Origin: a virus
Virus record (IMG/VR): IMGVR_UViG_3300046690_000348
Location: 2,927 to 66,926 of that record
Reading direction: 5' to 3' (one strand)
Length of the DNA: 64,000 nt
This document shows positions 38,152 through 50,100 of the stretch, piece after piece. Below the pieces are notes generated by a model. The model searched no databases. It was not told the origin of the DNA and saw only the letters and a list, made by a program, of their open reading frames with translations. Made by a program: the position numbers and the translations under genes. Position 1 is the stretch's first letter. Each line of letters starts with the position of its first letter.

Positions 38152-40286
38152 CCCAGAGGCGACCATCGGCGACGCGGCCGATGTTCACGATCGAGAAGTC
38201 GATCGGTAATCACATCATCGGGGCGGGGGCTACGTTGCCGCGCGTCGGCCCGGGCATCCCGACATGGCGCGGCACGTACCGTGGTGGCCTCCGAACCGAA
38301 ACCGCCTTTGCCATCGTGGAACACAACGGCGTCCTCCTCCACGCCAACTCAAGCCCGATCGGCGGCACACTCCAAACCGGCGCACCCAACCCGTCAAGCA
38401 ACGGCCAATACTCGATTCCGGTCCTCTCTACTTGGGACGTCACGACCAGTCCGACAGTGCCGCCGTGGACCGGTCGAGTTCGTGTCCTGAACACCGCCTT
38501 CTCGACCCTGCACGGCATCGGCGACATCACGATGAACGGCGACATCGCGATCTGCGTCGGCAGCAGCAACAACCTGCTCCTGTGTTTCGACTGTTCCGAC
38601 CCGACCAACGTCCGGTTCCTCGGTAGCGTCCAGGTCCACCCGTCGCAGACCCTCACCAATCTGCACACCGCCGTCAGAAACAACTACGCCTACGTCGTTA
38701 ACCCGACGCTCTCCCAGGTGAGAATCTTCGACGTCTCGAACCCGGCAGCCCCGTTCTTCGTGAACGCCATCACCGACACTACGAACATGAGCGCGGCCAG
38801 TGGCATCGGGATCTCAGGCAGCACCCTGTTCGTCTACGGTGAACGCAACCCGAATGGTGGTCGCCTGTCGTCGTGGAGCCTGGCGTCACCAACCGCGCCG
38901 ACGTTCCTGCAAGTCGTGGATGACGCCGCGACACCGGCTGGGATCGGCGAGTTCCCCGATCTGTACGTCGACGGCAACTTTGCTTACGCGATCATCAGTA
39001 GCCAGTTCACGGTGTTCAACATCACGAACCCTTCCGCTATGACCGTGCAAGGGTTCGTCGCGAGCGCACTGTTCACGTCCAGCTTCCAAGCCTGGCTGGC
39101 GATCGACAGGCTCGACGCTTCACACATGGTCGTCGTGATCGGCAACACCGGCCTGTTCGCAGTCGTCAACGTGTCCAACCCGTCCGCTCCGACGATCACC
39201 GGGTCAACCACCCTCGGGTCCAACATCTTCTACCGTGACGTTGCCACGTTCGGCAACTACGCCTACGTACCCGCATCCGTCTCTCACGTTGCTATCTACG
39301 ACTGCACGACTCGTTCCGCCCCAACACTCATCGGCAGACTGCCAGACGACGGGCTGCTCGACCGCACCCTCGACATCGAGTTCAACACGGCGGACGGGGT
39401 TCTGTGGTCGACATCCGGTGATGGCACCCTGAACAAGGGGCGGCGCCTCACGTCTTGGAACGTCACCAGCACTCCGACGAATCCGCAACCGATCCAGTCG
39501 ACTCCGTTCCTGACCAAGATCAACCAAGGCCAGAAACTCATCATCCGCAACAACATCGCATGGGTTGGCGACATGTTCCAGATCGGCACCGGCGGCAACA
39601 TCCAGGCGTACGACATCTCCACCGGGACGCCCGTGTTCATCGGGGCGATCACCGACCCGGCGATGGGCAACCTGACCGGACTGATGCTCAGTGGCAACCT
39701 CGCGTTCTTCTGCACACGTTCCACCAGCGGTTGGGGGATCGTTGACATCGCCAACCCGGCCGCGATGTTCATCCGCGCCCTCGGATCAGTCAACGGTGCC
39801 TTCGAGTCAGTCATGTTCGCAGACGGGCACCTCGGGATCCTCGGCAACGGCATCATGTCGTACTTCGTCGTCACCGACCCGAACAACCCTCAGATCATCG
39901 GTTCGACCAACGACGGCAACTTCAACAGCCCGCGCGCCGTCGCCGTCGACGGCCAGGACTTCTTCGTGCTGCGGTCGTCCAGCATCACGAAGTACACCAA
40001 GGCAGCAGGAGCCGCGGCGGCTCAGTTCCGCGGCACGTTCAGCAACGCCGCCCTATTGGTCGACGGACAGGATGTGACCATCAAAGACCAGTTCGCGTAC
40101 ATCGCCGACAAGGACGGTCGGCTGCTCGTCCTCGACGTCAGTGCCGGGACGCCGGTCCTCGTCCACACCGTCAATCGGGCGGATATCGGCGACGACTACT
40201 TCTACCCGACGACCGTCGCCGTCCGAAACAACACCGTGGCGATGACTTCCTACCCGTCCGCTGATCTCTACGTCTTGACTGTCTGA
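38148..40286 (+). CDS. LVIVD-repeat beta-propeller protein (putative receptor-binding)
   Basis: Repeated (G)NYAYV...IFDVSNP..P units. Confidence 0.85.
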   Translation: MTQRRPSATRPMFTIEKSIGNHIIGAGATLPRVGPGIPTWRGTYRGGLRTETAFAIVEHNGVLLHANSSPIGGTLQTGAPNPSSNGQYSIPVLSTWDVTTSPTVPPWTGRVRVLNTAFSTLHGIGDITMNGDIAICVGSSNNLLLCFDCSDPTNVRFLGSVQVHPSQTLTNLHTAVRNNYAYVVNPTLSQVRIFDVSNPAAPFFVNAITDTTNMSAASGIGISGSTLFVYGERNPNGGRLSSWSLASPTAPTFLQVVDDAATPAGIGEFPDLYVDGNFAYAIISSQFTVFNITNPSAMTVQGFVASALFTSSFQAWLAIDRLDASHMVVVIGNTGLFAVVNVSNPSAPTITGSTTLGSNIFYRDVATFGNYAYVPASVSHVAIYDCTTRSAPTLIGRLPDDGLLDRTLDIEFNTADGVLWSTSGDGTLNKGRRLTSWNVTSTPTNPQPIQSTPFLTKINQGQKLIIRNNIAWVGDMFQIGTGGNIQAYDISTGTPVFIGAITDPAMGNLTGLMLSGNLAFFCTRSTSGWGIVDIANPAAMFIRALGSVNGAFESVMFADGHLGILGNGIMSYFVVTDPNNPQIIGSTNDGNFNSPRAVAVDGQDFFVLRSSSITKYTKAAGAAAAQFRGTFSNAALLVDGQDVTIKDQFAYIADKDGRLLVLDVSAGTPVLVHTVNRADIGDDYFYPTTVAVRNNTVAMTSYPSADLYVLTV

Positions 40287-40723
40287 TGTCGAATCCGGTT
40301 ACAACTCCGCTTTGGAACAAGCGGATCCGTCGCGGGTCGTTCGCTCAACGGGCGCCGCGGGTGACAGGAACACTGACATGGACTTGGTCGGGAATCATCA
40401 CCCCGGCGAGCTATGTGAACTGGCCGGTGCGCTACCCGCTGTCGGACGGAACTCTGCTCTCGATGAACGCCACCGTGCTCACCCCTGACATCACGATGCT
40501 CAACAGCGGCCCGTACTTCTACACCGTCGATCTGTTCTCGAACGGCACGCCCGTCGCCTCAGTGCTCTGGAACTACAACACCGTTGGAGCCAGCACCTCG
40601 GTATTCTCCGTGGCGGGGGTCAACGAGACCATCCCGGTGTACCCGCGGATCGCCCCCATGCCGTGGGGTGGCGCTTACGATCTCACGATCACCCTCACTT
40701 ACGAACATGCCCCTGTCGCATAG
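40286..40723 (+). CDS. small beta-rich virion protein
   Basis: Coupled ORF in the tail-tip operon. Confidence 0.6.
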   Translation: MSNPVTTPLWNKRIRRGSFAQRAPRVTGTLTWTWSGIITPASYVNWPVRYPLSDGTLLSMNATVLTPDITMLNSGPYFYTVDLFSNGTPVASVLWNYNTVGASTSVFSVAGVNETIPVYPRIAPMPWGGAYDLTITLTYEHAPVA

Positions 40724-41762
40724 CGCCCTGTTCCGCGATCCGACCGAACCGGCCGGGTTCGATGCCAAGCCGCAGTATCCGCTGCGCGGACCGTTCGGCT
40801 ACTGGGACACCCGCGATCACAACCACGGTGGCACCGGCTACGTCGTCCGGGACGCCGGGAACACCGCCACGATCGTCTCCACCGGGACTCTGCCCAACAG
40901 CGGTTCGGCCGGATCGACGTTCGACTTCCCGATCACCCAAACCTCCCAATGGCAGGGGGGGACCGTCCCGCCCTACGCCGTCTACCTGACCGAAGGCACG
41001 ATCAGCGATCTCACCCCGAGCGCCTCTGACGTGACGGCGTACATGGGAGGACTCCCTTCTGCCGGGCCGTACACATTCATCTATGCCACCGGGAACGCCA
41101 CCGACACGCGTCTCATTGATCCCAGCACCGGCAACTACTCGGCGTTCCTACGCAACCAGTACCAGGTCAATCCGACAACGGTCTCAGGTCCCGTGATTTG
41201 GCGCTGGTCCGACGAGTTGGGCTACGGCTTCACGAACTATTCGATCGAGCATGACAACGCTGTCTACCCGGCGATCTCGGCGAACGGCAGCAACGACTGG
41301 TCCGTCCAGGACCGCAGCAACTTCAACATGACGCTGGCATCCGGGTTCCTCGACAACAAGTTGATGGTCGACATGATCGACATCGTCTCGGGACTGTTCG
41401 ACTTCCAGTTGAACGGGGTCTGGCAAACCGACGACGACAACCACGGCATCACACCGTTCAATCGGTTCAACTCATGGTGGCCGTTGCCCGGCAACAGCAG
41501 TGGCTTCGCGAACCCGGCGAACGCAGACCGCAACGTGGCCCGCCGCAACAACAGCAACGGGTGGGCGACCGCCGCCGTGGTCGACCAGTGGTACAACCCG
41601 GGCACAGCGCAACGCTGGGACGGGTTCGCTGCCACCTGGAACTTCTTTAACTCGCGACCAGTCCAAGGGCAGCCCTGGCCGCTCATGCGCGCCTGGGGAC
41701 TGTGGCGCGGCACGCCGACCGCCGCAGACCTTGCTGCGATCGCAACCGACATGGGGTTGTGA
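40707..41762 (+). CDS. virion protein, possible LamG/ConA-like fold
   Basis: GYWD..., L.N.G..G N-terminus; C-terminal W...PT.ADLAAI. Confidence 0.55.
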   Translation: MPLSHSALFRDPTEPAGFDAKPQYPLRGPFGYWDTRDHNHGGTGYVVRDAGNTATIVSTGTLPNSGSAGSTFDFPITQTSQWQGGTVPPYAVYLTEGTISDLTPSASDVTAYMGGLPSAGPYTFIYATGNATDTRLIDPSTGNYSAFLRNQYQVNPTTVSGPVIWRWSDELGYGFTNYSIEHDNAVYPAISANGSNDWSVQDRSNFNMTLASGFLDNKLMVDMIDIVSGLFDFQLNGVWQTDDDNHGITPFNRFNSWWPLPGNSSGFANPANADRNVARRNNSNGWATAAVVDQWYNPGTAQRWDGFAATWNFFNSRPVQGQPWPLMRAWGLWRGTPTAADLAAIATDMGL

Positions 41763-42904
41763 TGCCGCACGAACCAGGACAGAAGCCCAGTGCGACACGG
41801 CCGATCTTCGAGCGTGACATCACGAGAACCACTCCAATCGTGTTCGATTCCGGGGATCCAGTCCTGACGCTCCGCGGAAGCACCGGGTCGGCTGGAACGG
41901 CGTTCCTGCCTTCCGTCGAGGGGTTGAAGTATCGGGATGGGATCGTGCATTGCGCGTGCTTCGGCGGGAGGTACACGGCGGTCAACGTGATGGATCCCGA
42001 CAATCCGTATGTTGTCGGGTCGGTGCTCGATCCTGCCGCCGTTGGCCCGTTGCAGTTCGCGTTGAACGGGGTCACCGAGATCGTCCTCAAGGATCAGTAC
42101 GCGATGCTGGCGGCGTTCGGCTTCGGGTTTCTCACCACTGTCGACTTCTCCGACCTCACCAACCCGCAGATCGTCAACAAGCTCACGTTGCAGCCGCCGA
42201 CCGTCACCAAACTCTTTCACCTGCGCGGTCTCGCCAGTCACGGCAACGTCGCCTACGGGTCGTGTGACATCGGGTCCAACTTCGGCAACTTCCACACGTT
42301 CAACATCTCCGATCCGGCCCATCCCTCGATCATGGATTCGATCGCTGAGACCGTCAGCCTCGGCCCGCTCCAACAGGCATGGCATCTCGACATCAACGAG
42401 GACGCCACGCTCGCGTTCGTCGCCACCCAGGCGGGGTCCCCGAACAGCAGGCTGACAGTCATCGACATTGCCGACCCGTGGAACATCAATGTCATCGGAT
42501 CGACCATCGTGGGTGGCGCACCGAACTCGCCGGGCTGGGGCTGCTCGTACCGCGGCGGCTACTGCTACGTCGGTGGCGGCGGGCGTCTGCTCGTGGTGGA
42601 CGTTCGCGTACCGACAGCGCCGGTCCTCGTCGGCAGCGCCGGTTCGACACTCGGCAACCCGACCGTGTACGGGACGTTGCCGTTGCGCTCCCACCATGTG
42701 TTCGCCTGCAACCCGTTCAACGACCGGCTCCAAGTCTGGAACGTCAGCGATCCGGCCAACCCGACGACCGGCTGGACGGGATCGAGTGTCGCCAGTTCGA
42801 TCTCGTTGGACGGTGCCCGTGACGTGGTGCTCGATGACCACGGCAACTTCGCGTACGTCGCCGCGTATGACGGCAGCCGGGTGACGGTTGTGCAGATCAC
42901 CTGA
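41762..42904 (+). CDS. LVIVD-repeat beta-propeller protein
   Basis: LTVIDIADP, LLVVDVRVP, LQVWNVSDP repeats. Confidence 0.85.
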   Translation: MPHEPGQKPSATRPIFERDITRTTPIVFDSGDPVLTLRGSTGSAGTAFLPSVEGLKYRDGIVHCACFGGRYTAVNVMDPDNPYVVGSVLDPAAVGPLQFALNGVTEIVLKDQYAMLAAFGFGFLTTVDFSDLTNPQIVNKLTLQPPTVTKLFHLRGLASHGNVAYGSCDIGSNFGNFHTFNISDPAHPSIMDSIAETVSLGPLQQAWHLDINEDATLAFVATQAGSPNSRLTVIDIADPWNINVIGSTIVGGAPNSPGWGCSYRGGYCYVGGGGRLLVVDVRVPTAPVLVGSAGSTLGNPTVYGTLPLRSHHVFACNPFNDRLQVWNVSDPANPTTGWTGSSVASSISLDGARDVVLDDHGNFAYVAAYDGSRVTVVQIT

Positions 42905-42937
42905 CCGGGTTGGCGCGGGGGACTACGGTTGCGTGGC

Positions 42938-43816
42938 ATGAGCACTGTCATGGATCCGGCCCGACCCCCGTTCGCTATGAAGCCGATCAGTGTTCTGACT
43001 GGTGTCCCGAACGGCGAACTGCCCCGGGCGTTATTGGCGACGTCATCGGTTCGAGGGTTGATGTTGAACATCGTCAGCGTTCGTTCGTTCAACGCGTTGC
43101 AGTCCGCCGCGATCCGGGCCGGGATCGCGCTGTCCTCGACCGGTGATTATCGGAGTCTCGCCGCGCAGATCGGGTTGCAGGATCAGCGGTACGACAAGGG
43201 GTACATCGCCGGTCGTGCCGACTACAACTTCTACGAGGGGTCGTACTACTCGTTGAAGCCGGGGATGGCGCAGGCGGCGACGCCTGGTTCCTCGAACCAC
43301 GGCAAGGGCCGCTCCCGGGACTTCGCCGAGATGCTCAATGGTGACACGATCCCCGACTCGCTCAGCTTGAGCACGCGTCAGTGGCTCGCTCACAACGCCC
43401 CGCAGTTCGGGATCTACTTCGAGGTGCCGTCCGAGGACTGGCATGGGAGCGACTACGTCGGCGACGCGATCACGGAGCGCACCCTCACGGAGGAAGGCGG
43501 CGGCGGCGGCGGTCCTGTCATCCCGCCGTTCAACCCGCAACTCGGCCAGTGGTCGCTGTACCCGCTCGACACCGGCAAGGCCACGATCTACTTGAAGGAT
43601 CCGCATTTCAAGTCGGATCTCGTGCGCTACCTGCAAGGTGTGCTCGTGCGCAAGGCGCTCGCCAAGCTGACGATCGACGGGGACTTCGGCGCGCAGACCG
43701 AGGCGTCAGTCAAGGCGTTCCAGGGCGTCAACGGTCTCACCGTGGACGGTCACGTCGGCCCCAAGACGTGGGCGAAGGTCGATGCTTGGGCGCTCGGCAC
43801 GCTGCCCGCTCACTGA
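42938..43816 (+). CDS. endolysin: M15 (VanY-like) peptidase plus PG_binding_1
   Basis: YRS...Q, AATPGSSNHG.G...D, E.WH; IDGDFG..T..SVKAFQ..NGL.VDG.VGPKTW. Confidence 0.92.
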   Translation: MSTVMDPARPPFAMKPISVLTGVPNGELPRALLATSSVRGLMLNIVSVRSFNALQSAAIRAGIALSSTGDYRSLAAQIGLQDQRYDKGYIAGRADYNFYEGSYYSLKPGMAQAATPGSSNHGKGRSRDFAEMLNGDTIPDSLSLSTRQWLAHNAPQFGIYFEVPSEDWHGSDYVGDAITERTLTEEGGGGGGPVIPPFNPQLGQWSLYPLDTGKATIYLKDPHFKSDLVRYLQGVLVRKALAKLTIDGDFGAQTEASVKAFQGVNGLTVDGHVGPKTWAKVDAWALGTLPAH

Positions 43817-43857
43817 GGTCCCCGACAACCGCAGTCCCCTGTCGTAGGGTTTCGGGC

Positions 43858-44157
43858 ATGAACAATCTCGCCGCCCGCATCAAGGTGCTCGGCACCGCTG
43901 TCAACACGTGGCTCGTCGCCATCGCTCTGATCGTGCCGATCGCCGTCAGCGAGATCGCACAGGAGTTGCCGTCCGACAAGGCCGAAGCGGTCACGAAGTG
44001 GGGCGGGAAGTTGATCGCGTGGATCGGTGTCGCCGTTGCGATCGTGCGCCGCTCGACGCCGGTCATCAAGTCGCAGCGCGGTCTCCTCGCTCCGGGCGAG
44101 GGCGTGCCGGTGGTCCCGGTCGCGAACGTCGCTGGTGGCGACGCTCACTCCGGTTAA
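43858..44157 (+). CDS. putative holin
   Basis: Two hydrophobic helices, directly after the endolysin. Confidence 0.65.
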   Translation: MNNLAARIKVLGTAVNTWLVAIALIVPIAVSEIAQELPSDKAEAVTKWGGKLIAWIGVAVAIVRRSTPVIKSQRGLLAPGEGVPVVPVANVAGGDAHSG

Positions 44158-47100
44158 TCCGCTGACTGCGTCAACGTCACGGTTGGGGCGAGCACTGTCA
44201 ACGTGACGATGGTCGCCCCGCTGACGAGTGACACGGTCGGCGCCAGCACGTCGAGGATGAGCGTCGGGACGAGCACTTCGAGCGTGCAGGTCGGGACCAG
44301 CGTCTCCAAGTCGACGGTGCCACGGAACAGGACGCCGACCGGGACCCCGGTGAGAACGAGGACGCCGGGCGGGACCGGGATCGAGGTTGCGAGTCCGCTG
44401 CCCGCCACTGATGGCGCACGGCCCGTGATCGTCAACTGACCTGTCGGGACGAGCACCGTCCCGGAGCCGGTGGCCGTGATGATCGGGGCGACACCGACGA
44501 TGGTGAGCGCGGCGGGTGGGATCTGGTTGGCGGAAGCAGCGCCGGTCACGACCGGCGGCACACCGGTGATCGTCAGGTTGCCCGTTGGAGCGAGGATCGT
44601 TGCCGTGCCGGTCCCGGTGATCGTCGGGGCGCGCCCGGCGACGATGAGCGTGCCGCTCGGGATGAGGATGGTGACCGACCCGGCCGTGATGATCGGTGCG
44701 ACGCCGGTGATTGTCAGCGCGGCGGGTGGGACCGTGATCCTCGTGAACGCTGCGACCTGTGGTGCAACGCCGCTCAGCGTCAGAACGCCGGTCGGCGCGA
44801 CGATGCTGCGCGTCCCGGTCCCCGAGACGGTCGGGGCGACACCCAGGAACGTGAGGTCGGCGGGCGGGACGACGATGGTGGACGGTGCGCCGAGGATGCT
44901 CGAACCGACCCGGCGGATGCGCTGAACCGGGCGGACTGGTGGGCGGCGGACTGCAACGTTGCGGGTCGAGCGGCGGCGACCCTGGTCGTAGATGAGCGCA
45001 ATGTCCATCCCGGCCGTGACAGTCGGCGGGGTGTCAGTCGCGAATGTCAGATCGGCAGGCGGGACGACGATGGTTTGCGGGTAGGCGACGAGGTTGACGT
45101 CGAGGCGCGACTTGCGAACCCAGAACCGGGGTGGGATGCGCCGGACGGCGACAGCGAGTGTCGAGCGGCGCCGGTTGGTATCGACGTACAGCGCCGGATC
45201 CATCCCGACCGAGACGACCGGCGGTGTGTCGGTCGCGAACGTGAGGTCGGCGACGGGGGCAAGGATCGTCGCCGTGCCGGTGGCCGTGATGATCGGCTCG
45301 ACGCCGACGAGGGTGAGATCCGCCGGTGGGATCGGGATCGTCTGCGCTTCGCCTGCGGGTGGCGCTTGGTGGAACCGGCGCGCCATGACGTACTGGGCGG
45401 CGGTCGACACGACGCGGCGCCCGGCGACGAGGCGGACCTGCAACTGTTCGCGGCCCGAGAAGTTCGGGACAAGCGGGATGCCAGCCGCTACGGCGGAGGC
45501 GAGCAGCGCGCCCTGGCGATCGCGCCGGTAGCGGTTGAGGTAGTAGCGCCACGGTGCTGAGCGGTCCGGGTCGCGGCGGGCAGCGGTGTTGACGGCCTGG
45601 CGGTAGGCGGCACCGGCGTCGATCGCGTAGATCGGGTCGTCACCGGCGAGGACGACCGGGGCGATTCCCTCGAACGTGATGGGGCCGACCGGGAGCAGGA
45701 TTGTGGCCGTTCCGGTGGCTGTAACGGCCGGTGCGACGCCGGTGACGGTGAGCGCACCAACGGGGGCGAGGATGGTCGCTGTGCCCGTAGCGGTGACCAC
45801 AGGGGCCACACCGGTGAACGTGAGGTCCGCCGGTGGGATCGTGATGGTTTGTGGGAAGGCGATGAGGTTCGGGTCGAGGCGGCGGAGGCGCACCCAGAAG
45901 CGGGCCGGGAGGCGACGGACGGCGACGGCGATGGTGGAGCGGCGACGGTTGACGTCGACGTACAGCGACGGGTCCATGCCCGTCGACACGACGGGTTCGA
46001 CGCCGGTGAGGACGACTTGGCCGGTTGGGACTTGAACGTTGAACCCGCCGGTCGAGGACACGAACGGGGCGACGCCGGTGATCGTCAGCGCTCCGGTCGG
46101 TTCGAGGATGCTCGTCGTGCCGCTGCCACTGAGTGTCGGCGCCACGCCGGTGAACACGAGATCCGCGTTCGGCACCAAGATCGTCTGCGGATAGGCAACG
46201 AGATTGGTGTCGAGACGACGTGGCCGCGGGTGCAGCCGCGCCGGGAGGCGGCGGGCTGCGACGGCGATGGTCGAGCGACGCCGGTTGATGTCGATGTACA
46301 GCCCGGGGTCGATCGACGTCGACACGGTCGGCTCGACACCGGTGAACGTGATGATGCCCGGAGGGACCGGGATGGTCGCCGGGGCGGTGATCGTCGGCGC
46401 GATGCCGGTCAGCGTCAGGTCCCCTGGCGGGATTGTGATGGTCTGCGCTTCGCCGAGGATCTGCGACTGGCGCCGGGGTGCCGGACGTTGCACGATGGCG
46501 CGTCGGGTCGCTGTGTTGACTGTGGTGCGGCGCCGACCCTGGTCGTAGATGAGGGCGATGTCCATCCCGGCCGTGACGCCCGGCTCGACGCCGGTGAACA
46601 CGAGATCGGCGGGTGGAACGAGGATCGTTTGCGGGTAGGCGATCAGAGCGACGGTGTCGCGTCGGGAGCGAGGCCAGATACGAGCGGGAACACGCCGGAC
46701 GGCGGTGGCGAGGGTTGAGCGTCGGCGGTTGACGTCGTTGGCGGTCGACAGGTCGAAGCCGGTCGTGACGGTCGGCTCGACGCCCGTCAGGACCAGATCG
46801 CCCGGCGGGATCGTGATCGTCTGCGCGTAGGCGAGCAGGTTGACGTCGAGGCGACGCGCCCGGGGCAGAGGCCGAGCCGGGAGTCGCCGGGTTGCGACTG
46901 CCAACGTCTGGCGACGTCGGTTCTGGTCGACAACGAGCGTCGGGTCGATGTTGGTCGTGACGACTGGTTCGACGCCGGTGAGGACCAGATCCGCGGGTGG
47001 GATCGTGATGGTCTGCGGGTAAGCGACGAGGTTGACGTCGAGCTTCGACTTGCGGACCCAGAAGCGGGCCGGGATGCGCCGAGTCGCGACTGCGAGGGTC

Positions 47101-50100
47101 GAGCGACGGCGATTCTGGTCGGCGAGGAGCGCCGGGTCGAGGCCGACATCCACGGTCGGCGGCGTGTCCGTGGCGAACGTGATGTCGCCGTTCGGAATGA
47201 GGATCGTCTGAGGGAAGGCGATGAGGTTGACGTCGAGGCGGCGAACTCGATGCAGGTAGGCAGGCGATGGTGGGCCGCGGCGACCGGCGGCTGCGAGCGC
47301 CCAGCGGCGACGGTTGATGTCGGTGATGAGGGGCGGGTCGTAGGCGGTCGTGACGACAGGCGCGACGCCGTCGATCGTGATGACACCGGGCGGGATCGGA
47401 ATGGTCGCTGTCCCGGTGCCTGCGACGGTCGGCGCAACACCGTCGATCGTGAGCACACCGGCAGGGATCGCGATCGTCGCGGTGCCGGTGCCCGCGACAG
47501 TCGGTTCGACGCCGACGAGAACGAGATCCCCTGGCGGGATGTCGATCGACTGCGCTGTGGTGGCGACCAGGTCGAAGTTGAACTGGCGGAACCGTGCCGT
47601 CGCGTTGCGGGCCTGGGCGTTGCGGTCAGGATCGCGGCGCACGGCCGTGGCGATCGACCGGCGGTCCCTCGCGTTGGAGTTCGCGTTCCGCAGCGCCCAA
47701 CCGTCGATCGAGAGCGAGTTGACTGGCGGGATCGCGATGGTGCTCACGAACCAGAAGTTGGACGTTGCGAGCAGCATCGTCCCCGGGTTCTCGCTGGGCG
47801 TCGTGATGTCCCTGGATGCTGTTGCTACCGACGCGGCGTCGACAGTCAGGCGGGACAGTTCCGAGTACCCGACGGACGCGTACGCGTCCGCTGGCACGGC
47901 GGTGTTGGAAACCACGGCCTCGATGACCAGATAGTCGAGGAATGGCGACGGGGCGACCCCGTCGATCAACATGGTCACGTTCGCCGGGTCAGGGATGGTG
48001 CTGTTCCCGCTTTGGCCACCCCCCGCCGTGATGTCATTCTTGAGGTCGCGCACGCCGTGCTGGACGACGCGGTGAACGATGACGGCCATGTCCCTGTTGG
48101 CACTGTTCCCCAACAGAATGCTCGCCGGGTCTGCCCCATCGGAGATCCGGCCGAACACGGCGATCGAGTTACTCGATCCAGCGCCAGCGATGAGGTGCCA
48201 TCCGTCCGGGATCTCGATCCTCGTGCCCGATGTCGGGATCGCTCCGACGTAGGCCAGAAGCAGGTCGCCAGCCTCGACGCCTGCGGGAATGTTGAACGCG
48301 AAGGGCGTCCCGATCGCGCCCGTATCCGGGATCGACGTGGTGGCCGACTCGATGACGTACGGGTAGCGGAATACGCCCTCCCACACGACGTGGCGTTTGA
48401 GCGCGTTGCGGAGTGCGGCGTTGCGGTCCGGCGGGCGGCGCACCGCGACGTCGAGCGCGGAGCGTCGACGGTTCTGGTCGACGTACAGCGGCAGGCCGTT
48501 GTCGAGAACGTCGATGTTGCTGACGAAGCCGTCGTCACCGGCGAGAACGAGATCGCCTGGCGGGATCGGGATCGTCACGCTGGACAGGAAGTCCACGAAC
48601 GTCTGGCGGTAGCGGCGTTGCGCGTACCGCCACGGCGCGGAACGATCCAGGTCGCGGCGTGTGGCGACGTTGAGCGTTTCGCGGCGGCGGCTCTGGTCTA
48701 CCTGCAACGGCAGGGCATCGGTGTTGACGTTGCCGATGTCCGGGACGAGACCCGAGAACGTGAGTACGCCGACAGGCACGTTGATGCCGAACGGTGGGAT
48801 TGCCAGCGTGTACGTGCGCGAAGTCTGCGAACCAGACTTGTGCATGACGCCGGGATCTTCGGTCGTCGCCGTCAGGTTCCGGCCGCCGACCATGACGTTG
48901 CCGTTGGTCCCGGCCGACGTCAGGACCGGTCCGTAGTCCGTCGACCAGTAGACCGCTGACGGGCTGTCGATGCCGAACCCGGAGGATTCCAGCCACAGCC
49001 AGTCGCCAGGTCTCGGCACGGTCAACGACGGCGGGTCTGGGCTGGTCGAGGCTCCGCTGGCAGCCGCCGTGACCGCGATGTCCGAGACGGACGGTGCATC
49101 AGCGAGTGATGTGACGCCGTGGTTGACGATCCGCGCGATCGCGTACGCGAGGTTGGAGAACGTCGGGGTCGTCTGGATCGTGGTCGCATCCGACCCGGTT
49201 GCGAGCCTGGCCCAAATGTTGAGCCGTGGACCGTTGCCCTGCTCCGCGATCAGCGACCAACCCGCGCTCAGCGTCAACGCTGACGCGCCGCCCGCCTCGG
49301 CCCACAGGATGAGCAGATCGCCGCTGACGATCCCAGCGGGCAGTGTCAACGATTGAGGGCTGGATGGTGAGGTGAAGTTGCTTGAGAACGTGGACGCGAT
49401 CCACGGGAAGCGACGGATCTCCTCGGGGACGGTGTGCCGCTTCTGAGCGTGAAGGTACGGGGCGAAAGTCGGTGGTCCTCGAACGAACGTGCTTCGCACT
49501 GCGACGTCGATGGTGATCCGATGGCGTGAGTGGTCGACTAGGAACTCAAGCTCTAGTTCGGGCGGGTGGATGATCTCGTCGGGTGGCTGCTGGTAGCGGC
49601 GGCGGAGCGCCTGGTTCCAAAGCGCAGACCGATCTGGTGGGCGACGCACGGCCGCATTGAGCGTCTGGCGGCGGCGCATCTGGTCAAACACCAGTACCTC
49701 AACGACGGGGGTCGTGCGCGCCACAACGGGAGCCGTCGACATGTTCCCGAACTCAACGTTGTCAACGTTTCCAGATGCCTGCGTCGAACTCTTGAAAACG
49801 AAGATGCCCGGTGCTCCGCTCACCGGCGAGTGAACGTCTTTGGTGACCCGTAGCGTCCCGTCGAAGTAGACCCTGAGAACCTGGTTGAACACTTCGAGAC
49901 GAACAACCCCGGACGTCGCTAGGCCCGTCACGGTGAGGAGGGTGGTGGACACGAACCCGACGATCTGTGTGACGCGCAGCGTGCCAGTACCGGCCGATTC
50001 GGCAAGGAAGGCCGTGTAGGCGTTCCCTCTGTCGCTGTCGGAGAGGACCACGACCCCGGCTTGCGAAGTGAGGCCGGGTACGGACACGGTCGCCTGCACA

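Noticed and set aside
27850-44160. Actively invertible segment (shufflon or Gin-like)
   Set aside because: No recombinase gene and no inverted repeats found at the junctions
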